A DNA stretch of 64,000 bases from Candidatus Anstonellaceae archaeon (GCA_038891055.1 JAWAEU010000005.1:19330-83329); one strand, 5' to 3'. Counted from the stretch's first letter, positions 30,436-40,735 are shown. The notes: generated by a model from the letters alone, not told the origin. Translations and numbers: made by a program.

Positions 30436-33126
30436 TTAACTTCTTTTTCCCCTAGCTATTTTGCTGTCTCCTCCACCTTTCACTCCAAGTTGATTGAGAA
30501 GCTCCACTGCATTTAGGTTGCTATCTTGAGAGAGAGCTATTACTACAAATCCTTCTTTATTTTCCACTATTGCATCAAATCCTTTTTGGGCAATTTTTTT
30601 TGCAACATTGTCTGCAACCTTTTGTTCTATATCTAGTTTTAGTTCAATTTTTTTAGAATTTTTTGCTATTGCGCTTTGAATCTCCTTCTCTATTATTAAA
30701 TCCAAATATTTTTCTTGCCAATACTCAAGCTCTTTTCCTCTCTTTTTCCACTCAGAAATTATTTTATCTAAGTTTTTGGTTATACTCTCTTCTTGAGAAT
30801 AGAGTTTTTCTTGCACTTCTTTTAGCACTCGTTGCTGTTTTTGAATATGTTCTACTGCTGCTAAATAGCATTTAAAAATTACTCGCTCCACCCCTTCCTG
30901 AATAGATTCTTTTTTTACAATTTTAAACAAGCCAGCTTCTCCAGTATAATCCAAATGAGTGCCACCACAAGCCTGGTGATCCACTCCATCCTCAAAAACA
31001 TTTGGGGCAATTCTTCTTAGTTTTTTTTGTGGATCTAAAATAGATACTATCCTAAGCTCCTTACCAGGTACAGCTCCTCCTTGATAAATTCTAAATCCAA
31101 ATTTGGCTTCTGCTTCATCTCGCGGATAAATTTTCTTTTCTATAGGTAAATTTGTGGCAATTATCTCGTTTGTCCTCAATTCTATTTTTTCTAATTCTTC
31201 CGGAGTTATCTTTTTATAATGTGTAAGGTCTAAATGAGCTTTAAATTCATCCTTGTATGCTCCACATTGCCATACATGAGGTCCCAAAATTTCCCTAGCA
31301 GCAACATTTAGTATATGTGCTCCAGTATGATGAGCCATGATCTGTCTTCTTCGCTGCGCATCTATTTTTCCCCTTACAATTTTTCCAACTTCTATTCCTT
31401 CTAAGTTTTCTAGTTTATGGAGTATAACTCCAGCTTCTTTTCTTACTTCTAAAACTCTTTTTCCTTCTATTGTCCCATCATCTGAAACTTGTCCTCCAGA
31501 TTCTGGATAAAAAGCAGTCTGGTCTAATATTACCCAATTATCTTTTACTGCTAAAACTTTTGCCTCGAATTCTATTTGATTATTATAGCAAAGCATGAGT
31601 GTTTTTTCTATTCCCATCACATCTATTGTTTGAATTTTTGTTTCTTCTTCGTCAGTTTTTCTTATCTTTGCATAGAAGTCTGGTGGTACCTTTATTTCTA
31701 TTCCTTGCTCTTTTGCAACTGCTTCAACTGTCTCAGGAGGTATTCCATCAGAAATATATAAGGTAATTAAGTCTTCTAAGGTAATCTGTCTATTTGTTTT
31801 GTTTGCAGTATTGATAATTCTATTAACCTTTTGTAAAGCTTGCTTTTTGCTTTTTCTATATTTTTGTAATTCCTCTCCTATCACTTCTATAGTTGTATTT
31901 ACTCCTTCCTCTAAATGGGGGAAGAGCTCTTCTAAATTTTTAGCATGCCCCTCTACAATTGCACCAAAGTCCAAATTCCATTCATATTCTTCGTTAAAAC
32001 CAAAAGCTCTTCTTAAAATCAATCTTAAATTATATCCTCCACCTGCATTAGATGGAAGTTGCCCGTCAGTTATTGTATGTAATAACGTATTTATATGATC
32101 TGCAGTTGCATATAATGAAAAAAGCTCCTTTAGTTGAGAAAATAATTCCACTTCCTCCATTCCTAAAGTTTTTGCGATATATTTTTTTTGTTCGTCTAAT
32201 GTTCTGCCCTCTTCTATATCTATACTTCCAGAGAGTTTGGCATATTCTAAAAATATTTTTTGGTCTATTTTTATAGCAGCCTGTTCTTTCATCTTTTTTA
32301 TCACTTCTCCAAACACTAGCTCATAAGAAGTTGGGCTATTGTTTGTAATCCAGCAGAGCCTTGACAATCCAGCACCCATGTCAATTACTTTTGTTTTTAA
32401 TTCTCGATATGTTCCATCAGGCATTATTTCATATTGCATGAAAACACAATTACCTAATTCTAGTCCATCGCAAAAATATTCCATAGAAGGACCAAAATTA
32501 CCTCCACCCATCCAAACATCTTCTTTGAAAGTTATTTTTTCTTGGTCTATTCCAAGCTCCTTTAGATATTTAATATCGTGCTCTATTGCCTCTTCTTTCC
32601 AATAAAACAATCCTGTTTTTTGAGTGTTAAACGCATGCTGCCCAACCATTACAAAATTAGTATAATGCCTTCCAGTGACTCCAACATTACTTAAATCCCC
32701 AAATCTTATACATGGCTGAGGGATAATAAGGGGATTTGCAGGTGGTTCAATCTCCCCACTAACAACATAGGGCTGAAATCCGCCAATAGAAGCAATATTA
32801 AAATAAATATCATCTCTCCATCTTGCTACGGTCGGATATGGTTTTACTTTTTTATGCCCATTTTCTGTAAAATATTTTTCTATTTTTTTCCAAGTTTGTA
32901 TATAACTCAAACTCTCTTTTGTTGGCGGATTTCCAATAAATCTATATCCTACACACGAAGAGTCTTGACAATAGTCCATCTCAGCTTTTGCCCAAAAATA
33001 TTTCTGACATTTTTTACATTTTTGTCTTCTAAAGCCATATTTTTTTAATACTTCTAATTCGTAATGTTTTTGATATTCTTTTTGAAACAGTTCAAAAAGT
33101 TCTTTTTTGTCTGCCATTTTAATCAC
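30436..33126 (-). CDS. alaS: Alanine--tRNA ligase
   Basis: VARWRDD, QPCIRF, VIDMGAGLSR, FYPESGGQ, HTGAH, CGGTH. Confidence 0.96.
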   Translation of the reverse strand: MIKMADKKELFELFQKEYQKHYELEVLKKYGFRRQKCKKCQKYFWAKAEMDYCQDSSCVGYRFIGNPPTKESLSYIQTWKKIEKYFTENGHKKVKPYPTVARWRDDIYFNIASIGGFQPYVVSGEIEPPANPLIIPQPCIRFGDLSNVGVTGRHYTNFVMVGQHAFNTQKTGLFYWKEEAIEHDIKYLKELGIDQEKITFKEDVWMGGGNFGPSMEYFCDGLELGNCVFMQYEIMPDGTYRELKTKVIDMGAGLSRLCWITNNSPTSYELVFGEVIKKMKEQAAIKIDQKIFLEYAKLSGSIDIEEGRTLDEQKKYIAKTLGMEEVELFSQLKELFSLYATADHINTLLHTITDGQLPSNAGGGYNLRLILRRAFGFNEEYEWNLDFGAIVEGHAKNLEELFPHLEEGVNTTIEVIGEELQKYRKSKKQALQKVNRIINTANKTNRQITLEDLITLYISDGIPPETVEAVAKEQGIEIKVPPDFYAKIRKTDEEETKIQTIDVMGIEKTLMLCYNNQIEFEAKVLAVKDNWVILDQTAFYPESGGQVSDDGTIEGKRVLEVRKEAGVILHKLENLEGIEVGKIVRGKIDAQRRRQIMAHHTGAHILNVAAREILGPHVWQCGAYKDEFKAHLDLTHYKKITPEELEKIELRTNEIIATNLPIEKKIYPRDEAEAKFGFRIYQGGAVPGKELRIVSILDPQKKLRRIAPNVFEDGVDHQACGGTHLDYTGEAGLFKIVKKESIQEGVERVIFKCYLAAVEHIQKQQRVLKEVQEKLYSQEESITKNLDKIISEWKKRGKELEYWQEKYLDLIIEKEIQSAIAKNSKKIELKLDIEQKVADNVAKKIAQKGFDAIVENKEGFVVIALSQDSNLNAVELLNQLGVKGGGDSKIARGKRS

Positions 33127-33172
33127 ATATAATTTTGATTTTTAATATTTATAATTTAAATTTTACTCCCAG

Positions 33173-33245
33173 TGGGCCTGCCCGGATTTGAACCGGGAAT
33201 CTTTCGCCTGTGAAGCGAACGTGTTAGCCCTTCCACCACAGGCCC
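33173..33245 (-). tRNA. tRNA-Val(CAC)
   Basis: Acceptor GGGCCTG/CAGGCCC-A; anticodon arm TTCGC-TTCACAG-GCGAA. Confidence 0.93.
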
Positions 33246-33346
33246 ACTTTAAAATCAATTTAAATTTATAAGTTGATTAAATAAAACTTAAAATATTTAT
33301 CAAATATTTAGATTTTTAAATATTTAAATTCATTCTTTATTATATT

Positions 33347-33421
33347 GCTCCCATCGTCTAGCCCGGTCAAGGACGTAGCCCTCTCAAGGCTAAAACACGG
33401 GTTCAAATCCCGTTGGGAGCG
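33347..33421 (+). tRNA. tRNA-Glu(CTC)
   Basis: Acceptor GCTCCCA/TGGGAGC; anticodon arm TAGCC-CTCTCAA-GGCTA. Confidence 0.95.
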
Positions 33422-33453
33422 TATTTTTAATTTTTAATCCTCATAATTAATTT

Positions 33454-34278
33454 ATGGCAATTAAAATAAAAATTGTAGGTGAAATTCAAAAAGCAGAAAA
33501 TCAAAATTCTTTTCAACTAACTAAAAAAATCGAAGCAGAGGAAAATCCATTTAAAAAAACTCCTCCTCTTGTTGCAAAAAAAAGTTCTATCTCAAAATTT
33601 TTGTTATTAAATTTATATAATTTAAAGTTTGATATAGAAAAAGTTTTGATAGAGGGTTATATAAATAAAGATTTCAATTTAACGGAGGGGGTGGACAAAA
33701 AATTTTTGCTTTCTTATCTTTACGAAAAAATGGATAGCTCAAATTATTTCAATACTTCTCTTGAGCCCCTAAAAAAATCAACTTTTGAATATAAGCATTG
33801 TGGTTTTTCAAAACTTTTAGCAGAGTTTTTATCAAGCCAAGAGGGCCGCAATTTTCTTTTATCTCTGAGGCATTTTGTTCTTTCCAAACCAACTATAAAA
33901 AGATTGAGAGAAATTAAATTACCTATGGGTAGAAAAAGCCTTGAGTCTTTAGATAATTCAATCTTTTTAGTGCCAAAAAGAGCAGAAGTTATTTCCAATA
34001 GCTATAGTTTTGTTTTTAGAGAAGGGGAAAAACACAAACTTTCTTTTAATTTTGAAATCTCCTTTTTTTCAAGTGGTAAACATAAAAAGATTTCCCTCTT
34101 ATCTGCAGAAGGAGAAAAAAATATTTATAGCTTTAGAGAAGGCGGTTATACTAATAACAAAGTCTTAATTAGAGAAGAAAAATTTGGCTGGCAAGCTTTT
34201 AGAATATCTCCAAGATTTGTAGATGGTATTTTGCATTTAGATATTTTTGAGCTTCAAATCCATTTTCCAACCAGCTAA
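33454..34278 (+). CDS. Hypothetical protein
   Basis: 274-aa ORF filling the gap after tRNA-Glu; no recognised motif. Confidence 0.65.
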   Translation: MAIKIKIVGEIQKAENQNSFQLTKKIEAEENPFKKTPPLVAKKSSISKFLLLNLYNLKFDIEKVLIEGYINKDFNLTEGVDKKFLLSYLYEKMDSSNYFNTSLEPLKKSTFEYKHCGFSKLLAEFLSSQEGRNFLLSLRHFVLSKPTIKRLREIKLPMGRKSLESLDNSIFLVPKRAEVISNSYSFVFREGEKHKLSFNFEISFFSSGKHKKISLLSAEGEKNIYSFREGGYTNNKVLIREEKFGWQAFRISPRFVDGILHLDIFELQIHFPTS

Positions 34279-34296
34279 CTTTTAAATTAGTAAATT

Positions 34297-35595
34297 TTAT
34301 GGAGTAGTTCTTGTTCTATCCCTAGGAAATAGGCTGGCTTCTCTTATATTTTTTAAATTACATATCTTCATTGTAAGCCTTTCAAGCCCTATTGACCACC
34401 CGGAGTGTGGTGGTGCTCCTATTCTAAATGCATCAATATAAAATTTGAAATTTTCAGGATTTTGACCTTTCTTTTTAAGCTGCTTTATTAATAATTCAGG
34501 AAGATGTATTCTCTGTGCACCTGAAGAAATTTCCAGCCCTCTATATATCAAATCATAAGCTTTACAAATTTCTTCATTGTTTTCTTCAGGCATAGAATAA
34601 AAAGCTCTTATAGAAGTTGGCCACTTGTTTATAACATAAGCTTCTTTTTTTATTATCTGTTGCATTTTTTTCTCGTGCTCTCTACTAAAATCTTCTCCCC
34701 ACTCTATTTTCACATCATGAGATTTTAATTTTTCAATTATTTGAGTGTAGCTATATGTGGGGATGCTGTCTATTATTTTTAAGTCGGCTTGTAAAATTTC
34801 AAGTTCTTTTTGACATTTCTCTTTTACCTCAACAATTATTTGCATAAATGTTTCTTTTAAAAGCTCTATTGCTTCTTCTTCTTCGCAAAATCCAATCTCG
34901 CAATCCATTTGTATTATTTCATTTAAATGCTCTAAGGTGTTGTGTTTTTCTGCCCTAAATACTGGAGTAGTCATAAAGACTTTATCCATTCCTCCAATCA
35001 CTGCCAATTGTTTGTAGAGTTGTGGGGATTGTGCCAAATAGGCCTTTTTTTCAAAATATTGTACTTCAAATAGCTCTGTACCTCCCTCAGTGGCTGCTGA
35101 TACTATTGAAGGCGGATGGATCTCGTCAAATCCCTTTTGTAGCAAAAAATTCCTAAAAGCATTTATGGCAATAGATTTTATTTTAAATATGCTATATGTA
35201 GTTGGCCTTCTTAAATCAGCATATCTAAAATCAAGCCTGCTATCTAATTCAGCAGGTACCTTTCCTGTTAGTTCAAATGGTACCTTAGCACTCAATTCAT
35301 TCAATATCTCAACGTCTATTAATTCTATCTCATATCCAAGCTTAGCTATTGATGATTTTTTTACAATTCCTTTTATTGCAAGTACGGTCTCTTTTGGTTT
35401 GTCGATTTTTTCAAAAACATCTGGGGGTGTTGTTTGTCTTTTTGCAATTACCTGTGCAATTCCTGTTTTATCTCGTATTTGCAAAAATCTTATCTTTCCA
35501 ATATCTCTTATTTCATGTAACCATCCAACAATTACTACCTCTTGATTTTCTTTTTTAAAAATATCTTTAATATATTCTGTTCTCTTTAGCCTCAT
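34297..35595 (-). CDS. aspS: Aspartate--tRNA ligase, archaeal type
   Basis: GWLHEIRDIG, ATEGGTELF, LAQSPQLYKQ, FRAE, EISSGAQR, GLERL, FPRD. Confidence 0.95.
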   Translation of the reverse strand: MRLKRTEYIKDIFKKENQEVVIVGWLHEIRDIGKIRFLQIRDKTGIAQVIAKRQTTPPDVFEKIDKPKETVLAIKGIVKKSSIAKLGYEIELIDVEILNELSAKVPFELTGKVPAELDSRLDFRYADLRRPTTYSIFKIKSIAINAFRNFLLQKGFDEIHPPSIVSAATEGGTELFEVQYFEKKAYLAQSPQLYKQLAVIGGMDKVFMTTPVFRAEKHNTLEHLNEIIQMDCEIGFCEEEEAIELLKETFMQIIVEVKEKCQKELEILQADLKIIDSIPTYSYTQIIEKLKSHDVKIEWGEDFSREHEKKMQQIIKKEAYVINKWPTSIRAFYSMPEENNEEICKAYDLIYRGLEISSGAQRIHLPELLIKQLKKKGQNPENFKFYIDAFRIGAPPHSGWSIGLERLTMKICNLKNIREASLFPRDRTRTTP

Positions 35596-35608
35596 ATTTT
35601 CCCTCGTT

Positions 35609-36103
35609 TTATTGATAAATTATTTCCACTTCTCTTTTTAACCATTTTGTAAGGATTTTCTTTAGAGTTTCTTCTTCCAAATATAGTGTTTGACCAGCTT
35701 TTTTTTCTAGAATTAGCTTTGCTTTTTCTTCTCCATTTTTAAAATAAGTGTTTATTCCAATAAATTTTATTGGAAAAACTATATCTGAGATTTTTTCTTT
35801 TATATTTGGGGTATTTCTAATAATCCTCACTTTCTTTTGAAGTGCAGAAGAGATCAAAGAGATTACCTTGCCCTTTTTTCCAATAAGTAAACCAGGGGTA
35901 GAACTCTCAACAATTACAACTCCTTCTATTTCATATGCTTTTGAAAATTCAGAAGCAGAAATATTGTAATTTTCATTTATTTTATACAAAATTTTTGCAA
36001 TTTCTACTTCTAGAGGAGAAATCTCCCCATCTGTAAGTTTTTTTGCACAAGTTTTACAAAGTTTTTCTGAAAATGCACAACCCTTACAGATGGGGGTCCT
36101 CAT
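35609..36103 (-). CDS. NusA-like KH-domain protein with N-terminal Zn finger
   Basis: PICKGC...LCKTC and LIGKKGKVI GxxG loop; ATG at 36103 after AGGTGA. Confidence 0.8.
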   Translation of the reverse strand: MRTPICKGCAFSEKLCKTCAKKLTDGEISPLEVEIAKILYKINENYNISASEFSKAYEIEGVVIVESSTPGLLIGKKGKVISLISSALQKKVRIIRNTPNIKEKISDIVFPIKFIGINTYFKNGEEKAKLILEKKAGQTLYLEEETLKKILTKWLKREVEIIYQ

Positions 36104-36138
36104 ATTTTTCACCTATTTCTGAGAGGTCCCATCTGTGT

Positions 36139-36450
36139 TTATTTTTCTAAAACTATCTCAATCGAAGAAACTTTTGATTTTGAGCCATCTTCGTTTTGGA
36201 CCTCTTCAGTCATAATCTCAATATTTTTTACCTTTATATTTTGCAAAAATCTTCCTCTTGTGATCTCAACAACATCTACTGCCTTTGAGATCAGTTTTCC
36301 TCTGGCTTTTATTTTTACTGTCTTTACCCCACTATTAAATTGGGTCACTACTGCCAGAACATATCCCATGGTACTTTTCTTTCCGATGAAGACAGTATTT
36401 TCATCGGCTTTTTGTTCTTGCACTTTTTTTTGTTCTGTAGTTTCTCCCAT
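36139..36450 (-). CDS. albA: DNA/RNA-binding protein Alba
   Basis: VFIGKK..MGYVLAV, KARGKLISKAVDV, VSSIEIVL. Confidence 0.96.
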   Translation of the reverse strand: MGETTEQKKVQEQKADENTVFIGKKSTMGYVLAVVTQFNSGVKTVKIKARGKLISKAVDVVEITRGRFLQNIKVKNIEIMTEEVQNEDGSKSKVSSIEIVLEK

Positions 36451-36489
36451 TTTTTTCACCTCTCTGAATCTATTAGTAGAATTATTGTA

Positions 36490-37368
36490 TTAATGCTCTT
36501 TTCTATATTCCTCTACTATTTTCATTAATATATTTATGTCTAATTCTTTTAAATCATTACTATGAGTGTTCTCCTCTTTTTTTTGTATTACTTCTTTTTT
36601 TTGCTTTTGTTTTGGATTTGTTTTTTTAAGTTTTAGTATTTGTATTATTCTTTTTAGTGTATTTATCTTTGTTTTAAGTCTTACTATTTCTCTATCTTTT
36701 AGAATTTTTTGATAGTTTTCATTTTTTAATTTTTTTATTTCATTATTTGCTTGTAGAAGTTGCTGCTCTAAAACAACTATTCTTTTTTTTAGCTCTACAT
36801 TTTCCTTTTCTATTTTTTTATCTATTGTTTTATATTTAAGTTCAATTTTTTGTGGCTGGGTTTTTTGTTGCTGGATTTGCTGGGGCTGTTGATTTTTATT
36901 TTTTATCATTTCAATGGCAGATTCTGTTCTATACCCTTGAAGTACTAAATAGGCAACTTCTTCTTTTTCTTCTATATCTAAACTTAAAATATTTCTAATT
37001 ACATTTTGGTATTCTCTATATGCTACTATTGCTGCAAAAATTGCATCTCTCTCATGCACAGTTTTACAAATTTTTTTATTTTCTTTTTTTTCATATTCTC
37101 TTGTTATTTTCCATTTCTGCTCTTCTCTAAAAATATTTTTTGGCACATACAATTTTGAATTAAAATAAGATGCCAGTCTTATTACAAATTGGGGTGCAGG
37201 ATTTACATCTGAAGCTATAATCGCAGGCTTTCCAACTTGTTGTATTTTTTTTATACTGTCTTCAATCGAGCCTACTATTGTAATTGTTTCTTCTATTTTT
37301 CCATTTAAGTTTAAAAAAGCAATTCCAATATTATTGCCAGGATCCACACCTACAATATAATACTTCAA
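36490..37368 (-). CDS. DUF460-family protein (RNase H-like plus coiled coil)
   Basis: IVGVDPG, IIASDVNPAP, HERDA, C-terminal coiled coil. Confidence 0.82.
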   Translation of the reverse strand: MKYYIVGVDPGNNIGIAFLNLNGKIEETITIVGSIEDSIKKIQQVGKPAIIASDVNPAPQFVIRLASYFNSKLYVPKNIFREEQKWKITREYEKKENKKICKTVHERDAIFAAIVAYREYQNVIRNILSLDIEEKEEVAYLVLQGYRTESAIEMIKNKNQQPQQIQQQKTQPQKIELKYKTIDKKIEKENVELKKRIVVLEQQLLQANNEIKKLKNENYQKILKDREIVRLKTKINTLKRIIQILKLKKTNPKQKQKKEVIQKKEENTHSNDLKELDINILMKIVEEYRKEH

Positions 37369-38624
37369 TCTGCTTCACCCATTTTTTTATAAACGAGTTT
37401 TTGTTCTAATTCTACGTAAGTATTTGGTTTAATATTTTCTTTTATAACCACGCCAGCACCTATCCAGCAATTGTTTCCTATCATTTTTCCAGGCATAATA
37501 GAACTTAGCACCCCTGTTTTTACTCTATCTCCTATTATAGCTCCAAGTTTTGTTCTTTTTGTATCAATAGTTATTTCATTTACCTTAGCCTTTATTGGAT
37601 TTTCATCAAATCTAAAATTTGCAATTTGTGTTCCTGCTCCAAAATTGCAATCCTCTCCAATTATCGAATCTCCAATATATGTTAGATGCTTGGCATTCAC
37701 CCTATCAAATATTATAGAGTTTTTTATAGTTGTAGAATCCCCTATAGAACAATCTTCACCAATAGTGGTTTCTCCTCTGATGTAGGCATGTGGGCCTATT
37801 ACACTTCCTTTTGCAATAAATACATTTCCTTCAATATAAGAATCAATTACTTTAGCTCCTTTTTGTATTATTGCTTTTCCTTTTATAGTGGTATTCTCTA
37901 CTTCTCCTTCTATGCTTTGTGCTAAATTCTCTAATATAAATTTAGTCGCATCAAATAATTGCCAAGGCAAACCAATATCCATCCAATACTCTTCGCTTAT
38001 CACTGCCTTTGCCTCTGTAAATTTAAATAAATCTGTTATTTCGTATTCTCCCCTGGGGGATTTTTTTATTTTTTCTATAAGTTCAAATATCTCTGGCTCA
38101 AAGCAATATATAGAACAATTTACATAAGCATTTTCCACAGGCTTAGTTGGTTTTTCTTCAAAACTTTCTACATAATTGTTTTTTATCGTTGCAAATCCAT
38201 AATTTTCAGGATTTTCAACTTTTTTTAAAATCAAACTCATCTTTCCTTCATGCTCTTCTTCTAATTTTTTTAGAGTTAGAGGTGTAGTGATTATATCTGC
38301 AGCCACTGCAAAAAAAGTTTTATCTATTCTATCTTTCAGCTGCAAAACTGCAGCTGCAGTGCCATACTTTTCTCCTTGCTCAACAAATTCTATTTCTACT
38401 TCTCTATTTTCTTTTATTTTTTCAAAATATTGTATTATTTTTTCTTTTTTGTATTTTACTACAATGTATATTTTTTTAACCCCAACTTTTTCTAAATTCT
38501 CTATATTATATTCTAATAGTGGCTTTCCGACTATTTTTATCATTGCTTTTGGTCGAGTATTAGTTAGGGGGCGCAATCTGGTACCAATTCCACCAGCCAT
38601 CAATATAGCTTCTTTTACTGTCAT
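37365..38624 (-). CDS. glmU: Bifunctional sugar-1-phosphate nucleotidylyltransferase/acetyltransferase (GlmU-like)
   Basis: LMAGGIGTRLRPLT..RPK, hexapeptide repeats, HLTYIGDS, ANFRFD. Confidence 0.88.
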   Translation of the reverse strand: MTVKEAILMAGGIGTRLRPLTNTRPKAMIKIVGKPLLEYNIENLEKVGVKKIYIVVKYKKEKIIQYFEKIKENREVEIEFVEQGEKYGTAAAVLQLKDRIDKTFFAVAADIITTPLTLKKLEEEHEGKMSLILKKVENPENYGFATIKNNYVESFEEKPTKPVENAYVNCSIYCFEPEIFELIEKIKKSPRGEYEITDLFKFTEAKAVISEEYWMDIGLPWQLFDATKFILENLAQSIEGEVENTTIKGKAIIQKGAKVIDSYIEGNVFIAKGSVIGPHAYIRGETTIGEDCSIGDSTTIKNSIIFDRVNAKHLTYIGDSIIGEDCNFGAGTQIANFRFDENPIKAKVNEITIDTKRTKLGAIIGDRVKTGVLSSIMPGKMIGNNCWIGAGVVIKENIKPNTYVELEQKLVYKKMGEAD

Positions 38625-38716
38625 ATTAAATCTTTAAAAATTTAGATATATATTTATTGCTGTTATCCTCCGTCCAATTTTTGGCTCAACTTCTCATTCT
38701 TATTTATATTTTTATA

Positions 38717-38789
38717 CGCCTCAGAGCGGGCTCGAACCGCTGACCTGCCGGTTAACAGCCGGCCGCTCTACCTACTGAGCTACTGAGGC
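38717..38789 (-). tRNA. tRNA-Asn(GTT)
   Basis: Acceptor GCCTCAG/CTGAGGC-G; anticodon arm GCCGG-CTGTTAA-CCGGC. Confidence 0.96.
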
Positions 38790-38888
38790 TCAAACTCAAC
38801 TTCTTTTTTGCTTTATATAATTTAATAGTAGGTTGTTTTTTTAAACTCTACTCTCCCCAAATCAGTTTATGTGTTTAATTATTTTAAA

Positions 38889-39149
38889 TTAAATTTTATT
38901 TTTTTTGTTTTGGGTATGTTTCATTTTATTTATTAGCATTCCAATCTTTGCAAGTCTTACAATTCTTTCTGCTGCTCTTTCAATTTCTTTTCTTGTCTTT
39001 CTAAATTCATAAACAAAATCAGAATAAAATTTTGGATTTATTAAATAAGTTTTTTCAATTTTTGTTTCTATCATTGGCTCAAGGGATAGTTTTTTTATTT
39101 TTTCTTCTTGGCTTTTGTTTTCTAACTCTATTTTATTTTCAATCTTCAT
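38889..39149 (-). CDS. Small hypothetical protein
   Basis: 86 aa; GGAGG SD upstream; charged composition typical of genes in this window. Confidence 0.55.
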   Translation of the reverse strand: MKIENKIELENKSQEEKIKKLSLEPMIETKIEKTYLINPKFYSDFVYEFRKTRKEIERAAERIVRLAKIGMLINKMKHTQNKKNKI

Positions 39150-39249
39150 TTTTTATCATCCTCCAACTTTCTCTGGTCGCCAAATTTATTTTTTTTAATT
39201 TTAATTTAATTAAAATGATTAAATTTAAAAACATTCATTTTTATTTTTT

Positions 39250-40497
39250 TTAGGAAAATATATCCAAACATTGCTTTTGTTTGTTTTTATCTTCTATATA
39301 ACTACAACCACCAATATCTTTATTGTCCATAGCATATTTTAAGTAACACTTATCCATCCAATTTTGTTTGTCTTCTCCCTTTATTTTAGAGCAAATTTCT
39401 AGATTAGTCAAAGTCCTGTTTGAATTTAAGACATTATTTAGACAATTTGTTCTTGCCTGATAATTCAAATAGTTACAGGCATCTAAATCTAAATTTTCTA
39501 AAGCAGTGTTATAGTAACACTCTAACTTTATTAAACTGCTATATATTTTTTCACAAACACTCCAATTTCCTGTTTTTATAGAATAGTCTCTATAACATCT
39601 ATCTCTGTTTAATTCAGGGTCTGTTTTTGAACAAAAATTATAGTCTTTTGTCTTTATAGCAAATTTTTTTATACAACTATCGGAGTAGGTGGTGCCTGGT
39701 GTTATATACAAACAAAATTCTTTATTTTCGGTATAATAAGCTACAATCTCATAACATCTATCTGAAACAGAAGTTAGATTAGTGTCGTTACACTTATTAT
39801 AATTAGAAGTTGCAAGTGCCTCACAGGCTAAAAATTTTGCAAGTTGGCTCTTATCTATTTTTTCACATTCTTCACTGTTGTTTTTTTGTATAGCATACTC
39901 GAATATGCAATCGCTGTTGTTTTTGCAATATTTTGTGTCATTATACAATTTAGCATAACAGAGATTGGTACTAAATTCATCTTTTTCAAATGTACAGGGA
40001 GGTGATAAATCCTCTAAGCATTTGTTTTTTTTCTTTTCTTGGAGTTTAAAACAATAACTTACGTTATTTGTATTGTAAGCTGCCTTCTCATAACATTCTT
40101 CTCTAAGCAGAGGAGAATTTATTTCATAGCATAGATTTGGCATTTGATTAGAAAATGAAAATAGGCATTTATCTAAATTTTCAATGGAGTAGATCTTTCT
40201 GCAAATCTCTACCTCGTTTTTTTCAATAGCCATGTTTAAATAGCATTCATCTCTTTCCAATACATTCTTTAATTCTTTACATCTATCGTAGGCAATCGGT
40301 AAATTTTTTTCTTGTTCTTTTAATTCTTGAGATTGTTGGATTTGTTTGTCCTCTTTTTGTTGCTCTACTTTTTCTATATCGATTTCTACTTTTTTTATAG
40401 TTTTGTTTGTAGTGCATCCACTAAAAAATAGAGTTAAAAAAATAAAAAATAAAGCCAAAACAAAAAAAACTTTAGTATTTCTCATCGTTTTTCCCAT
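39250..40497 (-). CDS. Lipoprotein with about 14 two-Cys helical repeats
   Basis: FFSGC lipobox; repeats of roughly 25 aa with consensus C-x-K-I-x(5-8)-D-x-C-Y. Confidence 0.8.
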   Translation of the reverse strand: MGKTMRNTKVFFVLALFFIFLTLFFSGCTTNKTIKKVEIDIEKVEQQKEDKQIQQSQELKEQEKNLPIAYDRCKELKNVLERDECYLNMAIEKNEVEICRKIYSIENLDKCLFSFSNQMPNLCYEINSPLLREECYEKAAYNTNNVSYCFKLQEKKKNKCLEDLSPPCTFEKDEFSTNLCYAKLYNDTKYCKNNSDCIFEYAIQKNNSEECEKIDKSQLAKFLACEALATSNYNKCNDTNLTSVSDRCYEIVAYYTENKEFCLYITPGTTYSDSCIKKFAIKTKDYNFCSKTDPELNRDRCYRDYSIKTGNWSVCEKIYSSLIKLECYYNTALENLDLDACNYLNYQARTNCLNNVLNSNRTLTNLEICSKIKGEDKQNWMDKCYLKYAMDNKDIGGCSYIEDKNKQKQCLDIFS

Positions 40498-40570
40498 TAT
40501 TCAAAATATACTTATTATTTATAAATCTTTTTGGAAATTGTTTTTGCAAATTTTTATAATAACTTTTTTA

Positions 40571-40656
40571 TGGAGGGGGTGGGATTTGAACCCACGAACC
40601 CTCTAAGGGACAGGATCCTAAGTCCTGCGCATTTGACCAGGCTTTGCTACCCCTCC
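40571..40656 (-). tRNA. tRNA-Leu(TAG)
   Basis: Anticodon arm CAGGA-CTTAGGA-TCCTG; long variable arm; A73. Confidence 0.95.
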
Positions 40657-40735
40657 AATTAAACATTATATACTATTTTAAAAGAAATTAAAAAACTAGT
40701 AGGATAAAAAATAAAAAATTAGAAATAAAATTTGT

